Origin: Lama guanicoe
Taxonomy: Eukaryota
Assembly (NCBI GenBank): GCA_013239625.1
Contig: MU054187.1
Coordinates: 15,950,941 to 16,014,940 of the forward strand
DNA length: 64,000 bases
Direction: 5' to 3'
The stretch's first letter is position 1. Each line of letters opens with the position of its first letter. Shown here one piece after another: positions 50,001-64,000 of this stretch. The notes under the pieces are model-generated. The model worked only from the letters and a program-made list of their open reading frames with translations, ran no database searches and was not told where the DNA came from. Made by a program: the position numbers and the translations under genes.

Positions 50001-53000
50001 GGTAAGTTAACTTGTCAGTAAATAAAATGATATATATAAGCCTCAACTTATCAAAATTTCAAAACTAAGGAACATACTTCCTCACTGAATGCACTTAACT
50101 AGCTTAAAATCCATGTTATCATCAACATGGAAATACTGGAAAACAAAGAGAAAGGGAGAGGAAAAGGAACAAAAACTCAGAACTATTTCTTCAGTAAATA
50201 TGTTAACTGAAATTCTGCTCTTTCCCTGACCTCCTATGAAATAAGACTGTGTGTTGGAAATAAAGTACAGTCTTTAAATATGTGATTTATATTTAATTTA
50301 TATACTTTGATGCAAAATTTTAAAACTATTTTAGGATAAGTTTGACTTTCTATGAAATATCCTTAACAATTAGATTAGATTCAAGTTGTGACTTGGGTCT
50401 GACAAGTTTACTTTTGTAAAATTACTACATAGTCTAAAATCTCTTTTCTTTATACCATTTTATAACTCTTCAGATTGTCTCTTAAAGAAGAATTTCAAGA
50501 GTGTGTACCATAACTGGAGGTTATATAAATAACCAGTTCTTATTAAATTTTAGTAGCATTTGCTTAATTTTGCTTTCAGATCAAAATCACTGTTTGGATA
50601 GTTTGGATAATACCTTGATAACCAAATGCACCAACATACACATGCACATACACACACACCACCAGAAAACACCCTGTTCAAAAATGAATGGGTTAAGCAT
50701 GGCTCACAAATCTTTGATTGCCTTTGCCATTTGTCCAAGTGACTCTTCTGAAAGACATAATCCCAACAGCCTACATTTTGTCACTGACCAAGAATTGTGT
50801 TTGGCTATAACCTGGCCCTTAGGCAGCCCTAAGGTGATGTCTGTTATACTTTTCTAATGGTTAATTATGTATTCCCCTATTGTTGCTGGTTTCTAACTTG
50901 TACTAGTTAGTATAGTATTTAATTTTAGGAACAATTGGTAATCACATTTTTTTGTTTGTTTTTTTATGGTGGAGGGAATCTAAACATCTGAAACAATGCT
51001 ACCTCCATTTGTTTTGTGAGTATGAATTCTGTGTCCTTAAACATAATATTTGGTTTCTGGCATAGGGGACTATGAAGATCAGAGGTTTCTTGGGGGCAGC
51101 TGTCAACACTCTCTAAAATTATTTTTCATATGTTTTCCATGTTCCCAACATTAGCTTTTAATAATAATACTAATGTGAAGAATTCTGAAATGTATACTCT
51201 AATCATTTTATTTTCATGTGCACATTATTGCATGTCAAATGTCATAATTAACTTATTTTCTGAGTGCATAAATGAATGCTCATGATTATTTTTTAAAGGA
51301 TAAATTTTATAAAGATTTCTAGAACTGGACAAACATAAAAGTTGTGGGTTTTAACCCAGGACAACCCACAGGTCTCTTTTTTGCTTCCCCCTATATCTTT
51401 TAGTTCTTCTGATTATATCAGAGAGGAAGTCTGTATTAGGAGCTGGTTTGTCTTTAGCACCTTTCCTTAATTTGCTAACCTCTCCTTTAACAAAGAACTG
51501 TGTTCCCAGCCCAGGGCCATTTATATAAAACTGTAGCAGCCAAGAGAATATGGCTAGTGGGGCTGAAGCAACCCAGAGGGGCATCAATCAATTGAGCACA
51601 TGTCATGTTGATAATAAATACTGAAAACTGGGGATCCTGAGTCCACACACCCAGAGGATGTCCTGTATTTCATTCAGACGTACTAGCATTGTCCCTTTCA
51701 TCTGAATTTCCTGACAGGTTAGGCAAACATGATCTTAGCCTCTGAGATTTTGTATGAAGCTCACAACAGGCAAATGTTCTCATTTCCTAGATACGTTCCC
51801 ACAGGGTACATGCATATTCTTTAGAGAATATCAGACCTTTCTGCTGTGACAACTCAACTGGATGTGTGTGTTTCTCTACTTTATGGCAGGAGAGTGTAGG
51901 AAGGGCAATAAAAGTGGCACCTGATAAAGATAGCTTTCCTTCTCCCCTCAAATCCTTGTCCTTGATACAAATGGAACTTTCCTGAAACCCCAGGATTTCT
52001 TGGGTAGTGGAAAAGGGTAGACTGTCTCTCACTTTGTGTGGAAACCTCAGCGGCTTTAGAATGTATGTGTAGCCAAGGGGATTATTTTGTTAAATATTTG
52101 CTAAACTCTTAGTAGAACTAGTTGGTGCTGGGAACTGATAATAGCAGAATAAGTAAAAAAAAAAAAAATTGCTTCTTGCCGCCAACTCAGTCTAATGAGT
52201 GTAAGCAAAATTAATGTATCTCCAGCATCTGGGGCAATGGCTGTGTCATTATCACCTCTCATTATATATTTGAGTAAATCAATATACAGTTTGACAAGAT
52301 TAAGATACAGATACATATACAAAGGTACAGAGATGTGAAAGAGCAACTCAATTTCACTGATGAAGTAACTGAGGTGTAGAGATGTTGAGTAACTTACAGT
52401 AGAGAGCTACCAAGTGTCAGAACTAGTGTAGAAAGCCTGTCTCTAGGGCCTGTCCCTTTGCAACTATATTGCAGTATCCTGGTCAGCACAAAGGGTGATC
52501 AGGGTTGATGTGCAGTACTTAGTTGAGCTGGCTTGTTCAACTCAATGTCTCTGTATGAGCTAGCTTCCAGTGGTGGCTTCTAAGAGTTATTCATTTGTTG
52601 AGCAGACTTGACCAAGACCTGTGACTCCGTGTATTTTAACAGCATCTGGGGCATGGTGTTTGCAGCACCATTATGCATTGGCAAGACAGGACTCTCCCCA
52701 CCCTTTTCACATCCTGATCATCTGTAGACCTGAATAGGTTCCTGAGAGGGGAGGAGGACAAGGAAGAAGGAAAAGAAGGATTCTAAGAAACCTCTGGCTA
52801 AGTGATTATCGGCTTCCTACTGAGGCTTTCTGGTTGATATCCAAGTTTCTGGAAACAGTGAATAATTATGTGGTTGGAGGGTGGTTCATTAGCTTCCATC
52901 ATCATGAAATTCACCTGCAGCCTAGTGAAATGTGTATTTAAAACATTCATTAAATGGATATAAATGGAAACAGCCAAAATCCAATAGTTTTAATACACTT

Positions 53001-53149
53001 CTGTTTTAGAATAATGTTAGATTTCAGAAAATTTGTAAATATAGTATGGAGTTCCAATATATATACTTCATTCAGCTGTCTCTAATGTTAACATTTTATA
53101 TAACCATGGCACATTAAACAAAACTAAGAAACTTCCTTGTTCATAGTAA

Positions 53150-55085
53150 ATGAGATTAATGAGTAAATGAAGATTAAATCCCATATCCTTGTTTGGAAAA
53201 CTTAACATTATAGTGATGCCCATTCTCTTAGGATTAATATATGAATATAATGCAGTCTCTAAGAAATGCAAGTAGAATTTTCTTTAGAACTTAATAAAAT
53301 GATTTTAAATTTTATTTTAGAAAAGTAGAGTGATAAAACATTTATTCTACTAGACATTAAAATCTGTTACTTATTTTAAATGATGTGCTATTGATGTAAT
53401 AAACAGACAAAATGAATGGGTCAAAAGACAAACTTTGGTAACTGATTTAGGTAAACACAAAAATATGATAAATGTTACAGTTCAAATCAGTAGAGAAGAA
53501 TGGATTACTTTATAAACAGTCTGGATAAAAATGACCACAGAATTATTTTGATTTTGAGAATTATAAATCAAAATAAATTCCTAAGAGATTGAAATTCTCA
53601 AACAGAATAAGAGCACCAAGAGTATATACAGTTAATACATAACGTGTATAATTTTATAGTGAGAAAAGGTGTTAAAATTATAACCGAGGCAGAAATAATA
53701 AACAAATATCAATTTTATCAGATACATTTTTAATGTATTTCCATGTGGAAAGGAAAGAAAAACTATATTCCTGAAGGTGGTAGAAGATGACACTCCAAAA
53801 TATGCTACTTTGACATAAGGATTATTTTGAGCTAAAGGCACTTAAAAAAAATAATAAAATAAACAGCAGATGCAAGCAGGGCATTCTAATCTCCCCTTTT
53901 CCTCTGAAAACAGGAGATAAAAATTCCCATGTGAAAGATGCCCTTCCCATACCAAGAGAAAAAAAAACTCTCTTTAATGGGAAGTTAAAGTGGAGAGAAT
54001 TCTGTACAAACAGATCTTCTGAAAATAATTCTTATCTTCCTTTAGCCTCTCCATACATTTTAGTTCCTTTTCTACCATTACCTCTCTTTGTCCAACCTAG
54101 TATGAAAGTTTTTAGGTTTTGCGATTTCTTTGGGCCTCATTTCCTTATGAAGGCTCCAATGTCATATAAAACTTACATAAATTTGTATGCTTTTCTCTTG
54201 TTAATCTGTTTTATGTCAGTTTAATTCTCAAGCCCAGTCAAGAAACTCTTAAGAAAAGAGGTAAAAATTTTTTCTCCCTTACATTCAAAACATACTAAAT
54301 TTCCATAGGGAAAATTTATAAAAATAGATTTAAAATCTAAACTTAGGGAAGATAATTATACTTAATTTATTTTAAAAAAACACTTAAAATCAAGACAAAA
54401 ATGAAAATTCCATTCAAAATAAAAAAAAATGACTAAGAACTGTGCAGGAAAATAGCCAATAAACACATTAAAAATATACTGACTTAGAAAGATGGGCAGT
54501 TTTTAAGAAGATACTATGTATCATTTAGTGAATTAGGAAGGATTTAACTTAAAAATGACTACAGCCAGGGTTGTCCTGATGCAAGGACATTGTGGAAGTT
54601 CAATTCGTAGAATCCATAGAACCATTCTATGAATCACGTTGACAATATATATTTAAACCCTTAAAGACTCTACAATTCCATTTTTTGTAATCTATCCCTA
54701 GAAACTGAGACATTAGGATAAAGATTTAACCACAAATATAGTTATTGTTGCATCACTTAACAAATAAATTTAGAAGTAATGGAAAAGCCTTTCTATGACG
54801 AGTGATTGAGAAAACAGTGTTTCGTTTATATGCTGAAAGATTAGAGATTAATAAAATGATTTTGAAGAAACGTATTTATTGATTTGGGAAATGTTTACAA
54901 TTTATTAAATAAGAGAGCATGCTATAAAACATAACTGCATAAAATATATACATGCATAAAAATGTCTGGCAATGTACAGATCAACATGAACTTTTAGTAA
55001 TAATGACTTATTTCCTTGGTGTTTTTTATTGATATCATTCTTTGTCTATGTATTTATTATGCATTTTATAGTTTAAAAATAAAAT
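53150..55085 (+). mobile_element. Old L1ME-like 3' region interrupted by an LTR
   Basis: A-rich degenerate ORF2/3'UTR-like sequence on both sides of 53772-54283. Confidence 0.5.
53772..54283 (+). mobile_element. Solo MER34-like ERV1 LTR
   Basis: TGAAGG..CCAAAATATGCTACTTTGACATAAGGATTATTTTGAGCTAAAGGCA...TTTCTCCCTTACA; flanks TTCC/TTCA (near 4-bp TSD). Confidence 0.85.
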
Positions 55086-58049
55086 GAGTCATAGAAGTTG
55101 TCTCCATGCTAATCAGGTAAATTTGATAGGCAAACAAATACGACACAAGTTTTTTTGTACTAAAAGTTGCCACCAGTGGCTACTAAGCAATCATTTTCCT
55201 AAGTAATGGTATGAAAGGCTTCTAAAAATTTATAGGAAATGAGAATGTGTTCCATCATTAATATCGTTTGAGTTAAGTTAAAAAGTCAGATAAGTTCCCT
55301 AAGGTCACATGGAGCCTTTAATGGAGCATATGTTTGATTCAATAGAGATGTTATAGCCAAAACATTTGTATCAGTGAACTACACATGAATTAAAGATAAC
55401 TGAATCAAAAGCTTTAAGTACTGACTTGGAGTCACAAAATTTGTATAATTGTTAAATGTTTCATTAATTTACCAAATGGTTCCTACTTCATGTCTTTTTC
55501 GATTTGCAAATTAGAGGTAGTACAAAATACATTTGGTCTGTGCACCATATCAAATGCTAAGCTAATACTTAGAAAACACTTAGAGATCTTTTGAAGTACA
55601 TAAAATGTATATCAATAGAAAGCATATTGTCTTTTAAGAGAAAAGCATAAGCTATGAATAATTTTTGAAACAGTATTGAACTTCAAATATATCCATTCTA
55701 ATATATTAACAATAATACAAGAATATATCAGTGTATAATTTAAAATGATTTGCCTTATGATTTCATTGAAATTCACATCAGCTCTGTGAAATAGATAAGT
55801 AAATGCCATATACCAATTTGTGGAAAATTGAAGCCAAAAGAGGCTAAGATGTGAGGTATAATTCTCAGCGGGTCCAACAAAGTGGTCAGTTATTGATGTC
55901 TGTCTTTAAAGAGTCTTAACAGATTTTCAGAAGGGGATAGCCAGGCTTGTGACAAAGTCCTGAAGTTTTTTCATGTGAATATCAGTTGAGAAAACTGAGT
56001 GTGGAGAAGAGACTATGCTGGATATGCATGAAAGCTGGGTTCAAATGTTTCCATGCTGACTTGAATAAAAGGGAATTGTATATTTATTTTTGTCTTGCTT
56101 TGAATCAAAAGAAACATTGGTTTATAGCTTGGTTCTGCCACTTAGGAACTATGAAGCCTGAGGAGTCTTGGATTTCTTATCTTTAGAGTGGAGGTATTAT
56201 TAATGGAGAAATGGCAGATACTTGATTCAGAGTCTAAGGTGGAGTTTTCAAATCATGGTAGATTTTTCCTGTAAAGGATAGAGTCCAGGATGTCTGTAGA
56301 CGAGATTCCTTGGGTAAAGATTGGGAGTAAAAAGAAAAGGTAAAAGAAAAATCTTAGAGCTGCTAATGGTTACATAAGCAGAACTGTATATATGATATAG
56401 GCTCAATTCTAGTACTATGTTTATCATAACATCAAAGAATATGATAAATAATTATAATAGATACATGAAGGGAGATACAACAGGTGTCAGAAATTCTTTG
56501 AAGGATTTATGCTTTAAAGGTACATGTAAGCATTCTTTAATTAATATGTCAATTAGTGCTTTGGAATTCAAAGTATTTTTTCCTACAAAGACTGCTTTGA
56601 ATTATAGTTATGTCCCATGACAACCACCAAATGTTTATAATGAGAATGTAACTGTCAAGTACTACTGAAAGCATCACTTTATACCAGTGTGTAAAAGGCT
56701 TCCTATAGTATACAAATTCAATTCCTGATTAAAGAATTAAGAAAACGCCCACACTTATTAAGTCATAAACAGAGATTATTCTTTAAAATAATAAAGATTA
56801 TCTGTTTGAACTCAACAGTGTGATAAACATTAAGATGAAATTCAGTAGTTAAAATCAAGTCTAGTTGTTTGGTGTCAGTATTCTGGAAGATCTAGTCATT
56901 GCAATCAGAATAAAAAATAATTGATAAATATAAGCATTGAGTAAGAAGAGACAAATGATTTTTTACTTGTATGTGATATAATTGACATCAGAAAAATCCT
57001 ACAAAATAAATGGAAATTTTTTCAGAAATAATAAGCCCTGAAAAGTAGATAGGTTAAAAATAAACATATGAAATCTACCTTCCTACACAATAGAAATAAT
57101 TATTTAGAAAATATAATAGATACGTATTACATTCACACTATCAACACAAATATAAAATTACTGATACTAAGTACATTTTGAGAACCTGTATCAAATTTTG
57201 AGTGACATAAGGTTAACCTATATAAAAAGTTCTATTGTAAGAATATAAATTCTCTCAGTTAATCTATATACTTTTATGTCATTCCCAATCACAACTCTAA
57301 ATAATTTTTTCAGGATTAGAATGAGAACTTGAATAACCTAATTTTGCTATCTAAGTATAATAATGAGACCATGTTTATGAAGTTGTAATTATAGCCACAG
57401 GCTGATTATAGGAATGTTCTAACTTATTTATTTGATTGATTTGAAAGTGTATTCATCATTTGATCTTCAGAATAAATGTGTTAGGTATGTATTATTTTCC
57501 CTAATTTTTAAATGGAGAAGCTGAAGTAAGAAAAGTACCTCACATCCCTAAGCATCAATACCACAAGACCCGTAATCCCAGGATGTGCTTGGCAATGGCT
57601 TCTTTTCACCCTCTTTGCATGAGTGAAAAAGCCCAACCTCGAGCCCTAGTTTCAAATACTGCACTTGACTCTTGTCTCATGTTTAGCTTCTTTATTCTCC
57701 TTTGCCCTTCGTGAGGCTGGTCACCTGGCTTCCTCATCCTGCTCTTTGACCAAGGATCTAGGAGCGTGCGGTTCAAGCCCACTCACTGCTTTGCATTTTA
57801 ATTCTGTTTTGGTCCCAGACAGCTTGCTTTGAATATTACCTATTTTTTTCTTTGTACATTTTATGTCTAATATCCATGTGTTTGGAGCAATCTAAGAGGA
57901 AGTTCAGAATGCAAAATTCCAGTTCTGTTTTCACTGAAAGTACCATCTGAGCCTGGTCCGGGAAGAGGAGCCTTCTTACTGTCCATATTCTTAAAATGTA
58001 TGAAAAAGATACTATTTGATATGAAAAGTCTTTGGGATCAGATTTAGGC

Positions 58050-58237
58050 TAAAGTTGTCAGATAAAATGCAGGAAGCCAGTTAAATTTGAATTTCAGGTA
58101 AACAATAATCTTTTTGTATGACTATGTCTCAAATACTGTATGGGACATACATATACAAAATATTTTATTTTTTAAGTGAAATTAAAATTTAACTATTTTT
58201 ATTATTGTGTTTTTATTTGTTAAACATGGCAACTGTA
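58050..58237. mobile_element. MER53 palindromic hAT MITE
   Basis: GTTGTCAGATAAAAT..CAGTTAAATTTGAATTTCA..TATGTCTCA..TGGGACATA..TGAAATTAAAATTTAACT..GGCAAC. Confidence 0.85.
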
Positions 58238-58699
58238 AATTAGAAATAATTAAAGATTTCTTTCTAGGGGAAATATTGGATCTTTAGGGACATTCATTGT
58301 TTTTCGAATCTTCAGGTGTTAATCTATAGGCATTATGAATCTCTACCTCCTAGGATTGTTGTGAAAATTGAATGAGATTATGTTTAAAAAACAATAAGCA
58401 TAGTGTTTGCTGAGAGTGTAGTTTCACAAATGAAAATTACTAATGTATGGAATATTGAATATATTGAAACTGAAAATAAGTACTTCAAACAAAGGAATGA
58501 GAGATCAATATAAGCTAGTAGTTTCTAGTAAATGTGTGAAATTAGTGGACGTTAAAAATGGTTGGTATTTGGAAATGAGAGAAGCAAAGAAAACCTTCCT
58601 ATTTGATGCAGTTTGGGAATAGGAATACATTGCAAATTTACAGAGTAATCACTGGATTGGGAACAGCCAAAGAGAAGACATTTTTGACAGGTTTTCTGG

Positions 58700-59110
58700 C
58701 AGAAGACCATAAAATAAGTTTATAAGGGAAAGAAAGAGATAATAAAGCACAGTGAAAGGCAGGCAGAAGAATTTGGGCTTAAGGTGATAGACAAGAGGAA
58801 ACTCTTCTCAATTTTTGACCAGCAAAGTAGAATGATGAAATTGGCCCCTTACAAAATTAGTCTGTCAAAAGTATGCAAGATGCATTGGAGGAGAGAGATC
58901 AGTTATGAGGCTATCGTAGTGATCCAGCTATGAAGTGGCGAGGACCTAGATTAGTTGGTGGCATGAGTACAGGGGAAGCAAGCAAATCTCAAAGATGTGT
59001 GGAAAGAAATATAACAGAAACTGAGGGAAAGTCAAGGTGATGTCAAGAAATCCTAAAAGTACAACTGGGAAAATGATAGCGATGGTCAAAGAAATAGGAA
59101 ATTGCTAAAA
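58700..59110. mobile_element. L2 LINE fragment
   Basis: Purine-rich; ATCAGTTATGAGGCTATCGTAGTGATCCAG..GGACCTAGA. Confidence 0.55.
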
Positions 59111-62100
59111 CTGGAAAATAGGACTCATTTTAGACAAACTCCAGTGCACAATTAAAGGTAACTTCTCTTGGAACTTCATGTTTTGTTTTGTTTTTTCTTT
59201 CAATAATCAACTAATGTTCAATGCATAGCCTCTTTATTTTGGGTAACTCCTGTTTCCAATTCAGATAATTAAGTGCAGGAGACTGTCACCTGGCAGGGCT
59301 AACAGATCAGTCTCTGATGAAAAAAATAATCTAGATAGATCTCTATAAGCCATAAATGGGCTGCCTATGTTTATTATAGAGTTATAATACAATGAAATGT
59401 TCTCAAATATAAGACGTAAAATATTCAGCAATTCGTTTGGCATTTTAGAAGCTTCTTCCTGGATTTATACTCTATCATGTGTCCATTAATCATAAATATT
59501 TTGTATCATTATAGAAATGATAGATAACAGCATTGTAGGGCAGATCATTCTAAAAGCACTACTTTTTAAAGTTTTTTTGTTGTGTTTTGTTTTACACTCG
59601 GTCTTCATTTTATATATACATTAAAAACAACATATATTAAAGTAATTATATGTAAAAGAAACCTCTATTTTTCCTGCTCAAATATGGTAGTTACTTGTGA
59701 TTTCCAAGTCAGTTTCCTAAAAAATTATTATCCCAACAAATTTTATTTCCATCCTAGCAACCAGTTACAGCATACATTTATTCAAACAAGAAGAATTTTT
59801 TTTCAGTCTGTCCTCCAAAGAAATGAATTTGAGAGAATAAGGTTGGGGAGTAAGAAAAAATAATCAGAGTAGTGGTTGAGAAACAGAAAAAAAAATCTAC
59901 CCTTTCCAATGGAATATTCTGTTTTGAATTAATGATGACCTCCCTTACTTATGAAGCACGGTTTTCTGGCAGGTTTTGACATGTATTACAATTGTTATGG
60001 GATTTTTTTTTGTACTTTTACATGTATTATATCTCTATAACTACTCTTAGAAACTGATTTTTGAGAGTAGGAAATATACTATTGTCCCCACTTTCAGAAC
60101 AGGAAAAGTTAACTTTCATAAAAACTGTCAATTTTCTTATGACTGGTGGATGTCCTAAATAAATTGAAGTCTTCTAGCTTTCTCCACACTAGTAATTCTT
60201 GACAGAAAAGAGAAAATAATGAACAAATGTTGGTTAGCCTTTGGGAAAAGAAGTGGAGGCGTTATTAATACTCCTTTGCAATAGTTCTCTTAAGCAGCTC
60301 TTCACAGATGCAAGACTCTTACCCCCTAAAGTCCCCTGAGTGGTTTATTTTGCTCCCCAGGGATTATATCTTTTCTCCTCTCCAAGGAATCCCTTTCTGA
60401 CATCAAAAAAAGAAAGAAAAACAAAACAAAACAAAATAAACACACACAAACCACTCAAACCCTAGCTAGTTTGCTTTTCAACTTCTCACAGATATTTTCT
60501 AGTTTTCTTTCAGACGTTAAAAATAAAGTTGAAAGCAAAGGAGATAACTTTTTCAATATGTATAGATCATACTTGGTTAAACAAGCAAATTACAAATGTG
60601 CAATACTCAGGATATAAACAATAGAGATGAACAGAACTGCTTTAAAAATGCGAATTTATTTAACAGCAAGTTACTTTCTACTTTTCATTTACATTTTTAA
60701 ATAAACTACCTCATATTATTTATTCTTCAACAGATTGTGATGAAATTCGGTGAGAGCTCAGTCCATGTTCTGCTGTCAAGATCTTAACAGTACATGTGCT
60801 CTTGTCTTCCTGTTTTCTTCCTCCTCCTCCTTTTTCTTCTTCCATTTCTATCAACATTTTGAGATGATGATACAATTTATGGAGTAGTGAATTGGGGCAA
60901 TGCTGGCTAGTTACTAGCTATTTTCTAGACATAAATGCTATATAAACATTTTTTTTTCTTTTTGATAATCTTGTGTACTAAGGGCTTCAACTATCAGGAT
61001 GTAAACATCCTGTTCCAATTTTCCAATATGTATCCAGGGAAAATCTTAGGTTTTATTCATGCTGCACTTTATATTTGATGCCAGCTTACTAAATTTTGAA
61101 AGTTGGGGGCTGGGAGAGGATCAGAAAAAAAATATTGTTTTGAATGGTGTATTCTGTTTTTAAATTAATGATGACCTCTGTTGCTTGTGAAGCATATTTT
61201 TTTTCTCTAGCAGATCTTTTGATTCGCTCCCTGACAGACTGCTGTATAACATGTTTAATGAACATGACATAGTATGCAGTTAAGTATTCGTGACAGTGCT
61301 GAATAAATATTCATCATACTAAAAAGGGCGATGACTTACTTTATCCCCTTCATTATTAAAGGAGCCAGGACACTTAATTCATTGTTCTATGATTACAACA
61401 AACTTCGTTGGATGAACTTATCTGACTTGTATTTTTATTTTCTCTCTCTAAAATAAATTTCTTCGATATCCTCAGGTGACTAACACCGTTTAAGAACAGG
61501 ATCATGTAAATTCAAATAATCAGAGAAGCGAGAAAGCCAGACAGTCAACCAGGTACCTTAGACTACCCAGTTAGTTTGTGCGATGTAGATCAAAACATCT
61601 AAATGAATGGTTCTTTTTTAACTTTTACTTAGGATATTTAAATTGTCCAAGGCCTTCTTTAATATCTTCCAAAATATAGCACAGACATACGGCAAAGATA
61701 CAATGTTTAGTGCAAGAACCTTTTCATAACCTTAACCTTACCACTCACACAATTTAAAGACAAAATTGAGTTAAATAATGTCGCATGTTATTTGCAATTA
61801 ATTAAAAGCAAAAAAGTTAAAGAGTTTACATTTATTGGTATCTTTATAATGAGATGATCTTGACTAAACTGTAGTAAAAGATAACAAGAAAATAGAACTA
61901 TGGCTATCAAGTGAGCTATTAGTAATAACTTTGGAAATGCAGAATTTTCTTTCCTGTTTCAAAGTACGTTTTGTATGTAGATTCAGGGTGACCTTATTCA
62001 TCACTACCTTTCAGTTAAGATAATAATTTCAAGGCAAGGAGAAAAGCTGAGTACTATTTAAAAGCATCAGTATGCGCTTCAAAAGAGACAAAGTTCAAAT

Positions 62101-62454
62101 TAACACTAAATGGACTTTTACTAATGGAAGTTTGAAACATAATTGTAAACAATTCATCTATGAGGATGCAAAAGTTCTCCACCTTCACCTCTACCTCATT
62201 AATGGAAACACAGCTTTCTGTAATTTTTATTGAAATGAACCTATACCTGAATTTTACAAAAAAAAAATTGCTCTGAATAGGAAATTCTGCCACTAAGGAC
62301 AACTGTATTGAATTTCTTTAAGGTCAGTGTTAGAGCGGGCTACCTTTTAGAGGATACTTAGCAACAGCCAATTGGAAAAGTCAGATGTAGTTCAAGTCCA
62401 GGGCCATCTGAACTGTTAAGATACTGACAAAAATAAATATAAAATAGTGATAAT

Positions 62455-62700
62455 AATAGCTAATGTTTATTGAAAATTTTCTGTTTGCCAAGAACTATTT
62501 TGTATAATTTTTCATGGATTAACTGAAGGAATCTCTGACAGCAATCTGAGGAAGAAGATAATACTACTTTTCCTATTTTACATATGAGAAAACTGGGGCA
62601 CATAGAAGTTAAGTAATTTGTCTGAGGTCCAACAGTTAATGTCAGAGCCAAATTGCGACCTCAAGGAATTTGATCTCAGAGCTTACGTTATGCCACTGTA
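62455..62700 (-). mobile_element. MIR SINE
   Basis: AATAGCTAATGTTTATTGA..ATTTTACATATGAGAAAACTGGGGCACATAGAAGTTAAGTAATTTG. Confidence 0.8.
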
Positions 62701-64000
62701 GACAAATGACCAGGGTTGATGACTTAGGCTGAGTGTAAAGTTGAAGATTACAAAATTTTTTTATATCAGTAAATACCATAATTATTTGGCAGAATTTATG
62801 CATTCATTCATTCCTGTTTTTTTTATCACATTAGTTGAATTCATTGAATTCCTAATAAGTCAGTTCCCATGAGAAATAAACTTTATACTGAAAGGCAGGG
62901 CCCAGCTTCATCTGTAGCTAAAGAACTCACAATTGGTATTGGAAACAGGTCTTTTTTTCCCTGTTAGGCTTTGTTTCTTCACCTGAAAATTAAGGATTCA
63001 TTAGTTCATTCTATCAAAACCTTTCAAATCTACTATGTGCTTAGGATGCACAGGATACTCAGGAAAAAATAGGGCCCAGACTTGAGAAACATACAGTGTA
63101 GTTGGGAAGACAGATACTTAATGAAGCATTCATGATTATGTATTACTTTAGGCTGCTGTAGGGGAAATAGTGGAAGCCATGGGAGCAGATAGAGAGTTGG
63201 GTCAGGCAGGGAGGTGGGGGCTGGACCTGGAAGTGTGGCTTCCAGGTTGTGTCATTCTAGGCATCACTGTTTGCACCCGAGTCTGTTAGAGAGCATCACC
63301 TGACTGCAACCATAAGCAATTTGTTGTTCTTAAAAGGACTGAATGACAAACTGAGAGTAAAGGAAAAATGCTTTGTAAATGGTAATGTACTATGCAAATA
63401 CAAAATGTTTAAATTGTTAATATTATTATTAAATTACTGTTAATAAATTACACAACTAGATCCATTGTTTGCTTGGAAAGTACTGTTTTGTAGCCCCAAG
63501 GAGGAAATGGAAATGAGCAAAACAAGACACCATGCAGTAGTAACATACCATTAGTTACTTAAATTGCATAATAAAATATTTGTCATTCTCCATAATCACA
63601 ATCATCATATGAAATTATTTGATGTTAATTTATTACCTTAATTTCCATTTATGAGAAAACTAATTTTTAAGTGGGCAAGGCACTGGTTGCTCAGATTTTG
63701 CCTTGAAAATATATTCTAGTATCTTCACAAGAATATTGTACAACTTGTGTTTCTTTTTTCATATGTAGATATTCCATAGGATTTCAGAAAAAGTTATTCT
63801 AGTGTGACAAAGTTTTAAAAATATATTTCTCATGTACTTTAATATTTTTATCTTTCGATTACATAAAATTAGTATTTGCTGCTGTTTTTACGTATATATT
63901 TTTCCTGTTTGCAGGAAAATTGCTGTTGTTAAAAAGAATAATTTTTAACCTATGAAAAATTTGATTTACTTTAAAATACCCTCCAAGTGGTTCAGTGTGG

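Noticed and set aside
58050..58237. Long hairpin as a novel miRNA
   Set aside because: Explained by the palindromic MER53 MITE; arms are degraded and there is no expression evidence
61167..61234. C/D snoRNA (ATGATGA...CTGA)
   Set aside because: No terminal stem, and the sister copy near 59932 lacks a D box
555..62651. Remaining 60-120 aa ORFs in the track
   Set aside because: F/L/I/K-rich compositional ORFs in AT-rich or repeat DNA, many with non-ATG starts and no recognisable motifs

Overview
AT-rich, repeat-dense mammalian genomic DNA, not prokaryotic. A tRNA-derived SINE of the camelid Vic-1 type suggests a camelid (alpaca, llama or camel). I recognise no intact host gene. The window holds ancient MIR, L2, L1M, MLT1, MER5A and MER53 fragments, three solo LTRs, one young 5'-truncated L1 with a 17-bp TSD, and an internally deleted class-I ERV on the minus strand (41493-46439). 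The notable structure lies at 32.4-42.1 kb. (i) A ~1.02-kb, ~99% identical inverted duplication (32398-33419 and 38674-39702) of apparently non-repetitive, terminal-exon-like sequence surrounds a 5.25-kb spacer, and its mismatches fall in a few clusters, as expected from gene conversion. (ii) The ERV's 3' LTR region is the only CpG island in the window and carries promoter motifs, an ATG and a CAG|GTAAGA donor pointing at the inverted copy, which supplies an acceptor and AATAAA signals in the matching reading frame. This suggests a candidate LTR-promoted neo-gene, hairpin-RNA source or invertible cassette; function is inference and untested. Repeat family names come from recalled consensus similarity, not a database search, and old-repeat boundaries are approximate.
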